DNA from: Octopus sinensis | Taxonomy: Eukaryota | Direction of reading: 5' to 3' | Length of the DNA: 64,000 nt | Assembly: GCF_006345805.1 (NCBI RefSeq) | Contig: NC_042997.1 | Location: 79,174,001 to 79,238,000, forward strand | Shown here: piece after piece, positions 28,017 to 42,100 of the stretch | Position numbering within the stretch: the stretch's first letter is position 1 | How the letters are laid out: the number at the start of each line of letters is the position of its first letter | Position numbers and translations under genes: made by a program | Notes under the pieces: model-generated | What the model was told of the DNA's origin: nothing | What the model saw: the letters and a program-made list of their open reading frames with translations, nothing else | Database searches by the model: none

Positions 28017-30102
28017 GCTTTAGATAGAAATAACTACAGGGGTATCAAATTATTGGATCAGGTGATCAAAGTTACAGAGAGAGTCATAGTCTAACTAATT
28101 ATGGAGAAAGTTAGCCTAGATGAGATGCAGTTTGGTATTGTACCAGGTAGAAGCACCACTGATGCTATATTTCTTGTAAGGCAACAGCAGGAGAAATATC
28201 TAGCCAAAGATAAACCTCTGTACTTGGCTTTTGTTGACCTGGAGAAAGCCTTTGACAGGGTCTCCTGATCCCTCATCTGGTGGTCAATACAGAAACTGTC
28301 AGGGATGCTGTCAGTAAGGTGAGGGTTGGCAACGAGTATAGTGAAGAATTCTGGATAGAAGAAGGGGTTAACCAAGGATCAGTCCTCAACTCCCTCATCT
28401 TCATCATAGTCCTCCAGGAAATAACACAGGAATTCAAGACAGGCTGCCCCTGGGAGTTCCTCTATGCTGATGACCTTGCTCTAATAGCTGAATCACTGCC
28501 AGAACCAGAGATGAAGTTTGGGGTGTGGAAGCAAGGTCTAAAATTGAAGGGCCTTAGGGTTAACCTAGCAAAAGCCAAAGTCATAGTAAGTAGGAAGGCT
28601 GACAAATCACAATCCCCTTCAAGTAGATGGCCCTGCTCGATCTGTAGAAAAGGCGTGGGTAGAAACTGCATACGATGTACCTGGTGTAAGCTATGGACAA
28701 ATAAAAGGTGCAGCAATAACAAAGGAAAGTTAACCAGGAAGATCATTTTTGTGTGCGGAAGATGTACAGGGGCAATAAATACTGAAGATGTACAGAAAAC
28801 AGATTCCATCACATGCTGGAGGAAAAACTATAAGTAGTTGATAGTTTCTGCTACCTAGGCAACCAAGTCTGGAATGAGGGTGGTTGCTCTGAGAGTGTAG
28901 CGGCTAGAATAAGAATAACCTGGGCAACGTTCAAGGAGCTCCTGCTTCTGCAGGCAACTAAGGGCCTCTCACTCAGGATGAAAGGTAGACTGCATGATGT
29001 CTATGTGTGAACTGCCATGCTACATGGCTGTGAAACATGGGCCATGACTGCTGAGGACGTGCATAGGCTTGAAAGAAATGAAGCTACTATGATCAGCTGG
29101 ATGTGTAATGTCAGTGTGCATACATGACAGAGTGTGAACATCCTGAGAGAAAAGTTGGACATAAGAAGCATCAAATGTGGTGTGCAAGCGAGATGACTGC
29201 ATTGGTATGGTCATGTGTTACATATGGATGAGGACAGCTTTGTGAGGAAGTGCCACACCCTAACTGTGGAAGATGAGGTGGTAAAGCATGACTTCGAACA
29301 TGGGGCCTCACAGAGGCAATAACAGGAGACCAAGACCTTAGGAGATGTGATTGAGAAGACCCAGCAACTACAGTGAGATTGCAGCCATGGGTGATACCAG
29401 TGTTGCATGTCCAGCCTATTTAAGAGTACTCTTGATGTGTTGTGTGATATGGTATGCTTGAGAAAACCTGTTGAGTCAAGTAAAACCAAAATCGTAGCAG
29501 TGGCTACTGCCCTGACTGGCTCATATTCCAGTGACACATAAAATGCAGCATTCAAATGTGGTCAATGCCAGTGTCCCCTGAATGGCTTCCATGTGGGTGG
29601 AACATAAAAAAACCATTCCGAATGTGATCAATGCCAGGTCTGCCTGACCAGCTCCCATGCCAGTGGCACATAAAAAGCAACCCCCGAAAGTGGCCAATGC
29701 CAATACCCATTGACTGGCTATCATGCCAGTGGTATGTAAAAAGTATTATCCGAATGTGATCAATGCCAGGGCTGCATGACTGGCTCCTGTGCTGGTGGCA
29801 CATAAAAAGCACCATCTGAATGTAGCTGATGCCAGTATCCCATGACTGGCTCTGGTGCCAGTGGCACATAAAAAGCACTATCCAAGTGTGATCGATGCCA
29901 GGCCTGCCTGACTGGCTCCTGTGCTAGTGGCATATAAAAAGCATCCACTACACTCTTGGAGTGGTTGGCGTTAGGAAGGGTATCCAGCTGTAGAAACATT
30001 GCCAGATGAGATTGGAGCCTTGTGCTGCTGCTGGTTCTCCAGACCTCAATGAAACCATCCAACCCATGCCAAGATGGAAAACAGACATTAAACAATGATG
30101 AT
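28017..30102 (+). mobile_element. Older RTE copy of the same family, directly downstream in tandem
   Basis: ALDRNNYRGIKLLDQV..., [15 protein letters not shown], 3' UTR array and tail; stops and deletions. Confidence 0.92.
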
Positions 30103-30467
30103 CATATAAACAAGTAGAATTGATCATTAATCTCCAGTGAGAATCCCTAAATCCTGAGCAAATTTTTGTCCACTGCAAATGGTTTTCTTTATAATTTTGC
30201 TTACTTACTTTAGTAAACAGATCAACTATTGATCACTGGTGAGAATTTCAAATTTTCTATCAACTCCTCAGTCACCATATTAACAATTGATTATATATTC
30301 CACAGATGTGTACTTTAAATGTAACCTTCAAGCACAATTAGTGACAAAACCAGCCCTTTCAACTTAGAGGTACAGTCTTTCAAAGTTTCTGCTAATCCAA
30401 TTTTACTGACAAGGGTAAGATAGAAGACATTCCGCTCAACATGCTATGAACAGAAATTGAATGAGGA

Positions 30468-33400
30468 TGTAGCAGTAATTTGAAACCAAATCCCTGGATA
30501 CATAGTCAAACATCAGGAGCAAACCACTGCAGTTTCACATAATCGATCTATTAATCAACCAATCAGCATGAAGCAATGGCATAGACAGGTTTCTTTGAAC
30601 ATTCTAGAATTTGACTTTTGGTCCCTTGATATCATGAAAAACATTTGGTGTGCATATTTACATAAACAACTACCACATGAAGAAAGCTCAAAGGGAGCAA
30701 AAGCTATCACACATGCAAATCTTACCACTGCAAGCTATGATGTTGGGAACACTATCTTAGACACATCTTGTCTTGCTCAAAATAACAGTCATATCTACCC
30801 TTCAACACTGAGTAAAATCTCTTCTCTAGAATGTAACTCCAGAGTGAAGTTGATCTGGTAATTCTCCAAGTTTGCTATTACAGCCAGTATTTAATCTTTT
30901 AATATCCTTTCATTTGTGTGATTCCAAATAATTTCAATCAAAAAGAACTTGTTCTATTTCTTCTGAAAATAGTGATAGGTTAGTTATTTAAGCTGCCTTA
31001 TCCTTTGCTTCACTTCCATATACTGGTCATTCTTCCATTTGGTTTTCTCAGCTCAAAGCCAATTTTGCAGGAATCAAATTTCTTCAATATCACCTTTTAG
31101 TCAGTGTCTTGTCTTCAGCAATGAAGCCAGAGATTTGATTACGAACCATTCTGGCTCCACATCTTATCAAAGCATGAAGCAGTTTCACCAGCTCCTTTAC
31201 AGAATCTGTTATGTTCCTAAAACAGTCATAACTACTACTTATAGATTTTTCAAATTTCTTAAAATACCTTTAGGTCTTTGGAATACTAATACATCTCAGA
31301 GATTTATTATCAAAGTCATGCATGTTTAGACTTTGCTTTTGCCTATATCGACAACTTGTTGATTGCTAGCTCTATGGAAGAGCAGCATGAACATCACTTA
31401 AAAATAACTTTTTACAAGATTGTGATAGTTCGATGTAACTGACCCTAGTAAATGTCTTTTTGGTGTTTCTTCAATTATTTTTGGGACATATTAATAAAGA
31501 TGTAATTTGTTTATTAAAGGAAAAGTAGATGCTATTACAAATATTCTTGTCCCTGCATTGCTAAGAAAGTTGCAAGAATTTTTCATATCATTAATTTTCC
31601 ATAAAGGTTTTTATTCCTCACTGTACAGAATCCATACTTCCATCAAGAGAGTTATGTAATTGTAAAAGAAAACAAAAACTATTTCTCTAAATCTAGCAGA
31701 ATTGCAATCTTGTAATGAAATCAAAGAAAAGTTAACTAAAGTTATACTATTAGCCCATCTGGTACCAGACACTCCCTCTATCAATGGTAGTAGATACATC
31801 TGACATTGGAATCTGTGGGGTACTGCAACAGTTTAAGATGTTTGGCAACCCCTTCCCTTTTTTCCAAGCACTTCAAACCAACAGAAACAAGGTACAGTAC
31901 TTTCGGAAGAGAATTATTATCTCTTATTTATCTGTGAAGCATTATCAACATTTCTTTGGATGAACTTTCATCATTATGTAGATCTTAAGTCACTGACATA
32001 TGCATTGCAATCTAAGACTGATAAATACTGAGAGACACCTTGATAATATCTGGCAGTTAACTGTCAATAGTCATTATATCAAGTGCTGATAATTCTGCAG
32101 CAGACACCTTATCCAGTATTTATGCTTTGCATTCCACTAATACTATTGACTTGGAAAAGATTGTTATGGATCAAAAGGACAATAAAGAGTTATTATTACT
32201 CCAGACAACAGTCTTCTCTAGATGTTCATCGATAACTACTGCATTTTAGTGTTTTATTTATATGGTGTGATGTTTCTACTGGACTGTATGCCCAAGAGAA
32301 TCATCTTTGCTCTCCATAATTTATCTCATCTGTATATTTCAGCAATTGTGAAGCCAATTTCGAATCATTTTGTTTGGCCTAGTACGGAGGACATTAATAA
32401 TTGTGTGCCATTGTATGTTCTGCCAAAATGCCATGGTTAAGTGCTACATCAAAACACCATGAGACACTTTCCCTATTTCTGATACTCATTTCAAACATAT
32501 CTACATAGATACTAGAAGTCCTCTTCCACCAGTTCAGGATAAAATGTATCTTTTGACCTGTATAGACTGTTTTTCCAGATGGCCCAAAGCCATAGCAATT
32601 AAGGACATTTCATCCCTTACAGTTGCAAAGGCTCTAATGGCCAAATGAATTTCATGTTTTGGAACACCTATGACAATAACAACCAACATGAGTCATCAGT
32701 TTGAATCCAGTCTTTTCACCAACCTATCTAACCTGCTAGGTAAGTGTTGAATTTGTACTACAGCTTACCACTGTGTTTAACAAAATGATAGACCTTTTTC
32801 AACATCTTAAAGCAGCTTTACAAGCACATTCTGATTCAGACAGGTTAGAAGCCCTGCTGATTGTGTTACTAGGTTTATATACCACTTAAGGATGACAGGT
32901 TATTCCCAGATAGGTTGGACATTTATATGGCCTGGTCATTGGTTACAGCTACTCAAAATGACCCAACTATATTAACTGCAAAATTACATGGTGGAAATAC
33001 CTCTTAATAATCAGACCACAGTTCATTCCACCTGATATCACTACCTGTTCTCATATTTGTAAGGAGTTATGTAGTCAAGCATCCCTTGCAGACAGTTTAT
33101 TCCAGCATTAAAATCTAAACCAAAGTGAATGGCTTTGACATTCAGGGGAGACAAGAAACTGTCAGTGTTGATAGGCTTAAGCAGGCTATCGTCGAGTCTA
33201 ATCCCCAACCACAACACTTCTCTGCCACACCTGAACAATCCATACACAAGCATAAAGCATTATCCAACAACAGTACATCTCATACTGACAGGGTAACCAA
33301 AAGTGGAAGAAAATTAGTGGTCAGCTAGTAACACTTGCACATATTTTTAAGAAAAAAACTGCAGAACTTTTCATTGTAGCAAGGACATTTTTTCAACAGT

Positions 33401-33630
33401 TCTTCACTATTCAATGCACATTTCTTTTTCTTTATTGTATTTGTCTCTCTCTTTTTATATTCTGTAATTGCTGAAGGGGTAGCAGTGATTTGAAACCAAA
33501 TCCCTGGATACATAGTCAGACATCATGAACAAACCAGTTTCATGTGATTGGTCTATTAACCGACCAGCCAGCATGAAGCGATGATGTGGACAGGTTTACT
33601 TGAACATTCTAGAATTTAACTTTCAGTCCA
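30468..33630 (+). mobile_element. Degraded Ty3/Gypsy LTR retrotransposon with both LTRs (about 30468-30634 and 33479-33630)
   Basis: Direct repeats of about 155-165 nt (GTAGCAGT.ATTTGAAACCAAATCCCTGGATACATAGTCA...); FAFAYIDNLLIAS (RT), VDTSDIGICGVLQQ...TETRYSTFGREL (RNase H), YLLTCIDCFSRWPKA (integrase) in Gypsy order; purine run GAAGGGG before the 3' LTR. Confidence 0.85.
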
Positions 33631-35627
33631 ATATGGTTTCATATTTGGCAAGCAGTTTTACAAGCCCAACAACTAAGACAGATGGCACAGATAGACAACA
33701 GGAACCTTTGTCACTACAAATATAGCACAATTGTTTTCAATTATGTTAGGCAAACCACAGATTGCTGTAAATGCCAAGTAATATCTCTCTCCCAGTATGT
33801 AATTATTGCTGTTACCTGTAAAAGGCCAATGCAGTTTGTCTTTATGTGTAACAATAAAATCTTGTTAAATGTTTGCAGATGTTGTTCAGTTACTTCTACA
33901 GAAATCAAGAAACAAATTTTCATTCAACTCAACCAATAATCACCAGACCTTCATATCATAAGGGATTTCATGATTGCAAAGAGAATTTCTTAACCACTTT
34001 AATCCAACACAGTAGGTTGAGATTGTTAGCATATAATTAAGGTTTGAAACATTAAAATATGTGGTGAGAAAAATAGCAGCTGATGCCAAATATTTCATCT
34101 AGTACAAGAGTACACCCATGACATGTTTCTATCTTGTTTTGTGAAATATAATTTTACCATATATTGTTAAATAGTTTGGAAATTGAGATGCTATCATTAA
34201 GATAAACAAGAGGACAGTATCTGCATATTTAATACATGTAGCATGTAAAATATATGCAGTTTGTGAATAGAAAGAAATATAATAATAAAAAAAAAGGGAT
34301 TGTTGCGAAGAAGGAACACAAAATATATTTCTCATTTAGAAGTAGCAAAAAATTTATAATTATTACATTTTTAATGAATTTAATTGCATTATTTCCTCAA
34401 ATTGACCATTAGTAGTCTGCAAATAATGTGCTAAAGCAATTTAGAAAACTAAGTTTGTGGGTTGTCAGAGAAACAAAACATTTCAGGCAAGGCCTTTTGA
34501 GAAAAAAAACATGAACTAGGAAACAGTAAACATTGTTTCTTTTTTTTTTTTCTTTGTCTTAAGAAAAATATATACTAAATATAATTTTGTACTTCAGAAT
34601 TGCTTTTGGACATAAGAAACTGTACATCTTTAAAACCCTTTGATACATTAAAAACATACATAATGTACATAAAAATATACTACTGACAAACCATTTCAGC
34701 TTATCCTTGTATAGATTTATGGTATGCAGCCAAAGTTCTCAGTAACTGAAGACTATATTTCAATTACAAGTTTAAAGCATTTACTTGATCACATTCATCT
34801 CCGTAAATTGGTAGGTATTTCTAGCAGTGGTCAAACTAAATATATTGTCACTGTTTTAATAGGCAAATTTCTTACAGCCAAATGCCTTTCCTGAAACTAA
34901 GTTTCTACTATTTCCAAGCAAGTTAATTTTCCCCCATAACTGGACATGTTTTTAGGGAAGATTACATATGAACAGCACCACTTGTTAGATGGTGAGGTTT
35001 GTTTACAATTATCACAATGTCAAAATATAACATACAAATACATATGACAAACTTCTTTCAGTTTCTGTCTACCAAATCCTCTTGGACAGTCTGAGTGCAT
35101 AGTAGAAGACACTTGCCCAAGTTGCCACACAAAACTATGTAATTGGCAAGGAAAATAGTCATGTGAGGAGTAAAAATCTTACATGAAAAGAGGTAAAAGT
35201 TGGTAATAGAAAAGACATAAGGCTGTAGAATATTGCCTTAGATCTTTGTTCCAAGAAAGTCAACATGGAAAGTGTGGATGTAAAAAGGATGATGAGATGT
35301 GAGCCAAAGTTCTCAGTAAATGAAGACTATATAATTCAATGGCAAGTTGAAGGCATTTACTTGATCACATTCATCTCTATAAACTTTCCATTAAAATTCA
35401 GGCCCCTACTTAATAAATTTTGTAATGAAAATATTAAAAAATAGTGGTTTTTCAGTTGCCATCATTCCACTTATAAATATATATTTAACTTCTTGGTTGC
35501 TGCTTTTAGGAGATAGAGCTGTCACATCCACTGGGCTGTCCAGTCAAAATAAGCCCTTAGTATTTAAGACAAGACTATGAAAAGAAAACTGGACAGTTCA
35601 AGTAGATTAAACTAACACCTCCAATAT

Positions 35628-35658
35628 TTTATTCAAAAATATATTTGCATACTTTATT
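35628..35658 (-). terminator. Candidate PRPF39 polyadenylation signals (two AATAAA)
   Basis: AATAAA on the minus strand at 35653-35658 and 35628-35633, about 420 nt past the stop codon. AT-rich DNA makes chance hits likely. Confidence 0.35.
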
Positions 35659-36073
35659 TAGAGGTGTTTTATGGTGAGACGTTTTTTAATTGGTTAGTTT
35701 TATATTTTCTCAGAGAAATTGATATTTTGAGACTGGTAAATTTACTCTATTTTACAGTATATGCGTAAACATATTGTAACTGGTTATATACCAATTTTAT
35801 CAATACAATAATTAAACTTAGATCACTAATAAAACAACTGACATACATTCTATATGTTCTAGATCAAACCCAGCTGCAATCTGTTTTTCAATTAACAAGA
35901 AAGATTTTGTTCACATTTTGGAAATTGAATTTAATACAAATGAAAATGAATTGCTGTGATGAGCAGGAGGCAAGAGAGAGATGTAAGAAGTCAGGCAGGA
36001 ATTGAAGAGTTGGAGGACTATAAATAGAGGCAATGATTTAGAAGTCCACAATGATAAATATGGAGTTTGACGT

Positions 36074-36145
36074 CTAGGACGGGTAATACTGATTATTATA
36101 TGAAGACCAATGAGGATGTGGATAGCCTCCGTAACTGGCAGCATT
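36074..36145 (-). CDS. PRPF39: PRPF39 last coding exon ([23 protein letters not shown])
   Basis: 72 nt; acceptor ttatttatttacAG; Tyr-rich tail ending QYYP like the vertebrate C-terminus; TAG stop. Confidence 0.88.
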   Translation of the reverse strand, partial: NAASYGGYPHPHWSSYNNQYYPS

Positions 36146-39100
36146 CTGTAAATAAATAAGACAGAATTTCAATACAGACAAGAAAACAAACATTCCAGCA
36201 AAATTAATAATAGTTAAATCTTTAGCATTTAAACCAGTCAAAATATTCAATTTTATGTTCAAACTGGCTAGATGTGGCCTCTCTCACATATTCTACAATA
36301 TCATTCTAAAAATTAACAGTTACCTCATAAAAATCTCAAAGCTACAAGATAATACATGATTAATTCATAACAATGTGAATAAATAAGCATTATATTTAAT
36401 GGAATAATCTGAATGCTAAAGGGTTAAGTTTATATCATAAAATATGAGAGGAGAGAGGAAAGTGTCTCAGCCTCTTTTAACAGTAAAAGTAATATCATCA
36501 TTATCATTAAGCCTTAGATATCTTCTCTTGTCCTAGGTCCTAATAAGGCTGGTTACCATGGTATATAAGCAACTAAGATCACAACATTCCTTCTGAATGG
36601 GACACCAGTTCTCATTTACAGCTGACTGGACTGCAGCAATGTGAAATGATGGTATTCTGCTTAATACAACATACCACCCAGTCTAAGAATTGAAACCACA
36701 ATCTTGCAATCATGAGTGCAAATCCTAACCACAAAGTCACCTGTTGCCACAAAAATGTAATATGGCTGCTATTTCTTGACAAAAGAGACCAACTGATTTA
36801 TTTTAGTCAAGACCTACCTTATTCATTTTAGATAGCATTAGTCATTCAACCAAGCTTAGTGCTTATGTGTGAAAGTTGCAATACTGAAATATTTTCTTTT
36901 TATTTCAAAAATTTAGGGTTATTTATATATTTATAATAATTTCAGACAATCAAAGAACAGGAAAACTTCTGAAAAGCCAAAGGTTTTCCACTAAAGAAAC
37001 TAGAGAGAAAATGGAAAAGTGTAACTTGGTTAAGAAATAGAAGTATTTTCCCCACTAATGCTAACAATAACAGACACTGGGTTAAATCAACAACAATAAA
37101 AATAGGTAATGATTTTACTTACTTGATATGAACCCCAATGAGCATACTGAAAAGGGGTATTTTGTTGTACTACATTAGATATATCATTATTGCCGGACAC
37201 GGCTGTTCCAACACTTGTTGCAGATAATATGTCTTTTGATCCATTGGCACGGGTGCAGTTGTTATTCACTCCACCATCCAATTTAGCCTTTTTCTCCAGT
37301 GGATCTTCTCTGAAAATTATTTTAAAACAATGTAAATCAAAATATTTTTAAGATATATAATAAAAAGAAAGGATAAAAACTGAGTATTATAATGGTACGT
37401 AAATAATCTTTCAAGTAATAAATTTCATAGGCAAAGAAAAAATGACACTTCGCATCAGTTTTTCACTATCTCTTGGCGCACAGGCCACATTCTTCCCCAC
37501 CCCCAGAAACATAGACCACTTTCTGCAGGAAATTCAAAACTGTATTTCACAAATAAAACTTAATCAAATCAACATATTTTGTTGTTTTTACATCCAACAC
37601 TTTCTTTTGACCACCCCATTATTACTCCACTTTTCCACTTCAACACCCTGCCGGATGCTTTTCACCACCCTAAGGCATGGGGAAGTACCACCCACTTTGG
37701 GATAGTTTCAACCATTCTAAATTTCAGGAAATTCATTTAGCCAGTCTCATCTGTATAAAGTGACTTACCAACATAGGAGCTAAATATTTTTTTTGCTATA
37801 CAATGAGAGGACTATTATCTCTAACTTCAGAAGAGCTTTATTACATCATGAAAAATCAATAGTTAAAAGAGACTGTGATAGTAATGCTGACATTAGAAAA
37901 GGAATATTCCCAGTGGATGTTCAATTGAAACAACTGTCCGGTGTGCACACTGTAGAGTCAGATGTTTACAAATCATCTCACAAAAGCTTTTCATATGAAT
38001 ATCAAAAATTGAAAGAAAAAAAAGCAAAACAAAAAAAAATTTCAAGTCAGTTTTGTTCAATATTTTAATTTACCTGAATTTAACTATAAAGATATGGTGA
38101 CATATTACACCAAATTCAATCAGAAAATCCTTTCACTGCTACAATCACACATTTTTTTCCCCTTTCTATAGTTTTCTTCAGAGATGTTTTAATATAAATC
38201 CTCAATCTCTATATGCATAACCATTCTCCATGCACCCAAATTAAAAATTAAATAATGCATTAGAATTCATCTTTGTTGTACTATACAACAATTCTAATAT
38301 ATTTTAATGGAATAAGAGATAACTCACATTATTCATTAGTTTTAAAACAAAACTTGATTTTATATCTAATTCAATCTACCTGTAATTAGTTTTGAATCCA
38401 AATTTGCAAGCATTTCCTGGGAGGTACTGTGTGCTCCAAACACCCACTTAATGTAAACCAGAAAACAAAAACAAATTGAAATTTTCTCAGACCATATAAA
38501 TTTTGAAATACAGGAGCAGCCTGTTCTGATTAGAAATATAACAAAAGGGTAAACTCTGATCAGTTTAGGAGAAAGAACTATAACAGAATAAAACTTCTGA
38601 TAGTTTTATTGTTTTACAAGCATTTCTCAATGCTAGGATGGAGTACTTGACAGCTTGCCCAGTCAGCTACTTAGTGGTTCTTTTGTGTCAGCCAAACAGG
38701 TGGGGGGGGGGGGTTCTAACATTAGTACAATAAATTATATGGGCCTTTTTCAGTTTTGTCTACCAAATCCACTCACAAAGTTTTGGTTGGTCTGAGGCTG
38801 TAGAAGACACTTGCCCAAGGTGCTTCAATGTTTAACATATGCACCAAGCTACATCATACATTTTGTAGAGATGGAAATTAGGTGACACGAGCTTTATTTT
38901 TCTTTACAGAATGCAATTCAAAATGAAAGAATACTTACCCACATTCAACCATTTTCCGTTTCTTTTCTATGTGAGCCTCTTTCAAAACCTTTTGGTGCTC
39001 ATCATAAGCATCAAGCAACCTAAAAGAAAAAGGAAGTCCACAATCAGCATTAAGTGTGTGTGTGGGCACAATTTAAAAATTTTTTTAATTGGTTTAAGTC

Positions 39101-42100
39101 ATTAGACTACGGCCATGCTGGAGCATCACTCAGAGTTAGGTTTTCTTTTTAATCAGTCATATCAATCTCCAGCAGTTATTTCATCATTCTATATTTTAAT
39201 ATTTGTCAAAGTTACCATTTTTACTCAATTATAAAATAAAATGAAAATTAAAAATCAAGGAAGTAGCCTCTATGATTAAATTATAACATAAATGTTAGCT
39301 TTTATTCATTAATGTTACACTATGGAATAAAACTGACAACAAAAAAAAAAATTATTTTAAAACAAAATTATCATAATCAAACAACTTACTTGGTAATATC
39401 TTTTCCAAAATCTTCTAAAAATTCTATTCGCCTTTGTGAAAATTTAATTTTGCTTTGTAAAGACATGTTAGTTGATAGTGTAAATTTAAAAGTGTCAAGT
39501 ATTGAATCTTCATTCATTGGTTGCGTCTGATATTCAATATCTAATAACTGAAGGTGTAATTTAGGATTTGTCTGAAAAAGGAAAGGAATTAAAGGCTGAC
39601 AAAGCTTTAACAAAAAAAAAAAAAAATGAAAAAGCCTTTACATTCTTCTTTTTTCCGGAATAGCTTTCCAACTGTATGGGTTATGTATCTACCTCACAAG
39701 CTTTATCTTGATTTTTATCAAAAGGTTACTTTCTCAAAATTCTTAATCAGCTATGCCATCAAATCTGAATTTTAAGTAGACCAATTTCAACACTTAGGTC
39801 CTCTAATAATTTTTTCTTTTAGTGGCATAAGACCTGAAATTTTTAAGAGGAGACTAGTAGATTACACTGACCCCAGTGTTCAACTGGTTCTTTATTTTAT
39901 TGATCCTGAAGGGAAGAAAGGCAATTGACCTTGACAGAATTTGGACTGGAAGGAATGCCATTCAGCATTTTTGTCCAGCATGTTAATTCTGCCAGCTTGT
40001 AATCCTAAGACCTCTAACAATAAAAACACCCTTAGAATATGTAACAAATATTTCTATGATGGAATCATAGAAAATAAACTCATTACTTTATCACTTGGCT
40101 GCAATATAGCAGGAGCTTTGAAAAATGGGAACTGAATTAATTTTATTTATAGTTCATGGTTAAACCTAATTTAGTCTTTAATAAAAAATAAAATCTCACA
40201 GATTTTAGTCTCATTTAACAATGAGAAAATCAATTATCTAGATATATCAGTTTATTTTGTAGAGAAATGAAGGAAACCTTTCCAAATGCAATTAGAGAGA
40301 GAGAGAAATGTGATGTTTTATTAAACAGGATAAAAGTTTTTTTTATAAAAGCCTGTCTACTTACCTCATCAATTTCTATTGCTTCTTTTAAAATTTCTTT
40401 GGCTTTATTTACATCATGACAAACCTATAATTGTATAAAGTAAACAATTTCAACTCGTCAATATATTAAAAAAGTGCCATACTTGTAAAATTAATTTAAA
40501 TTTAATCAAAGATTGTCAAATATCTTAGAATTACAATTACCTTTGACAGGAAACGTGAGTATTTTATGGCAAAAAATGAACGTATTTCTTTGGTAGCTGC
40601 TGTATCCATATATTCTTGGAACAAAGCTGCAGCAGCAGCAAAATTGTATTGATGCCGCTCTAAACTTATTCTCCGAAGTGCAACCATGGCAAGTCCAGGA
40701 ATGTTTTTTTCTAGATTGTTTAATATTTTCCAAGCTTCATCATAATTACCTTCAAAAACAAAATTTGTTTAAGCATTTACACACAGAGTGAAGGTTCATA
40801 CTGAATTTTTCATAAATCTTAACCAGCTGCACTTTTCTAAGAAGTTGTAAACATTTAGAAGTAAAAACAAAATATGATTTTAAAACTAGATGGTGCAGTA
40901 TCAAAATACTTATCATTGGTGAATTAAAACAATGATTGTGAATGTGTGTACAAAGTCCCTAAAAATGATAAATTGTCGAAGTTTGAAAACTTCAGCACAT
41001 ATCACTGACTAAATATACTGCATTCTATAAGTATACAAAATCAGTCAAAGAAACTACATTATAAACTCATTAAGGGTGTATATTCTTTGCAACTTCATAA
41101 ATCTAATAATACTATTCTTTTTTATTCCTTTGTGCTAGAACCAGATTTTTATGACATTTGACAATAAATACTTTACATAAACAGTGTCCAATAATTCAAT
41201 TAATCAAAATTTCAATTAAATTTTCCACCTATACATATGAATAAACACTATGTAAGAGGCTGTAAAAATTAAGTGCAATGATTGTGGACATGCTGGGGTT
41301 CCTCTTTCAAATGCATAATTCCTTGAAAGGTAAATTGATCTTATATGATTTGAACTTAGCCAAAAGTTACTTCATCTGATACTCTACTTGAAGGATCAAA
41401 TCTGCAATATATATATATATATATATATATAGATATAATTTTTAGAAAAAAAAAACAATATACACGTCTCTTTTATAGGTTTATAGAAATATACTTTATT
41501 CTATTACTAGTTCTCGTCTTTGGATGCAGCCATTTTGGGGCATCACCTTTAAGGCTTTTAGTTAATTATATCAATGCCAGTACCTAACACTACATAAATT
41601 ACAATTAGATGGCAATTTTTAAAATGCAATAAGATATCAACCCTATATTAACAAAGACATCTTAGAAATTGTTTCATTTCTTCAATTGTATCATAATAAT
41701 ATTGAGGTGATACTCCATACATTTTCCTCAAATATAATTTTGTATAAATGTACTCCTGTCATCTAATTTTGTAACTGTCATGAGAATTCAATTAATGGCA
41801 TGCCTTTAATTGATGCCTTGTTTGTTTATACAAATTTGTTTCATCTTCACTGCTGCTAGCATAAAAATATGATTACCTACATCATCCACAGTAAAATTGG
41901 GACAGTTTTCTCTAAATAATTACAACATCCTGAGAGAAAAAACATTAGAAAGTAGCTGAAGTTGGTCATATAGCAAGCATCATCTTTGAAAAATATGCAA
42001 GATTTGTGAATAAACTAAATTTCAATAACATTTACATATACAAATAAATGAAGTTTTATTAGGGGTATAAGATATCTCGTGAATGAGCAAGCATTTTCTT

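Noticed and set aside
24781-28812. Antisense ORFs of 60-253 aa over RTE sequence
   Set aside because: Shadow ORFs of RT codon usage; they recur in each RTE copy.
34749-34758. AAGACTATA similar to the U3 snoRNA 5' end
   Set aside because: Only 9 nt; no U3 box A, B or C/D architecture follows on that strand.
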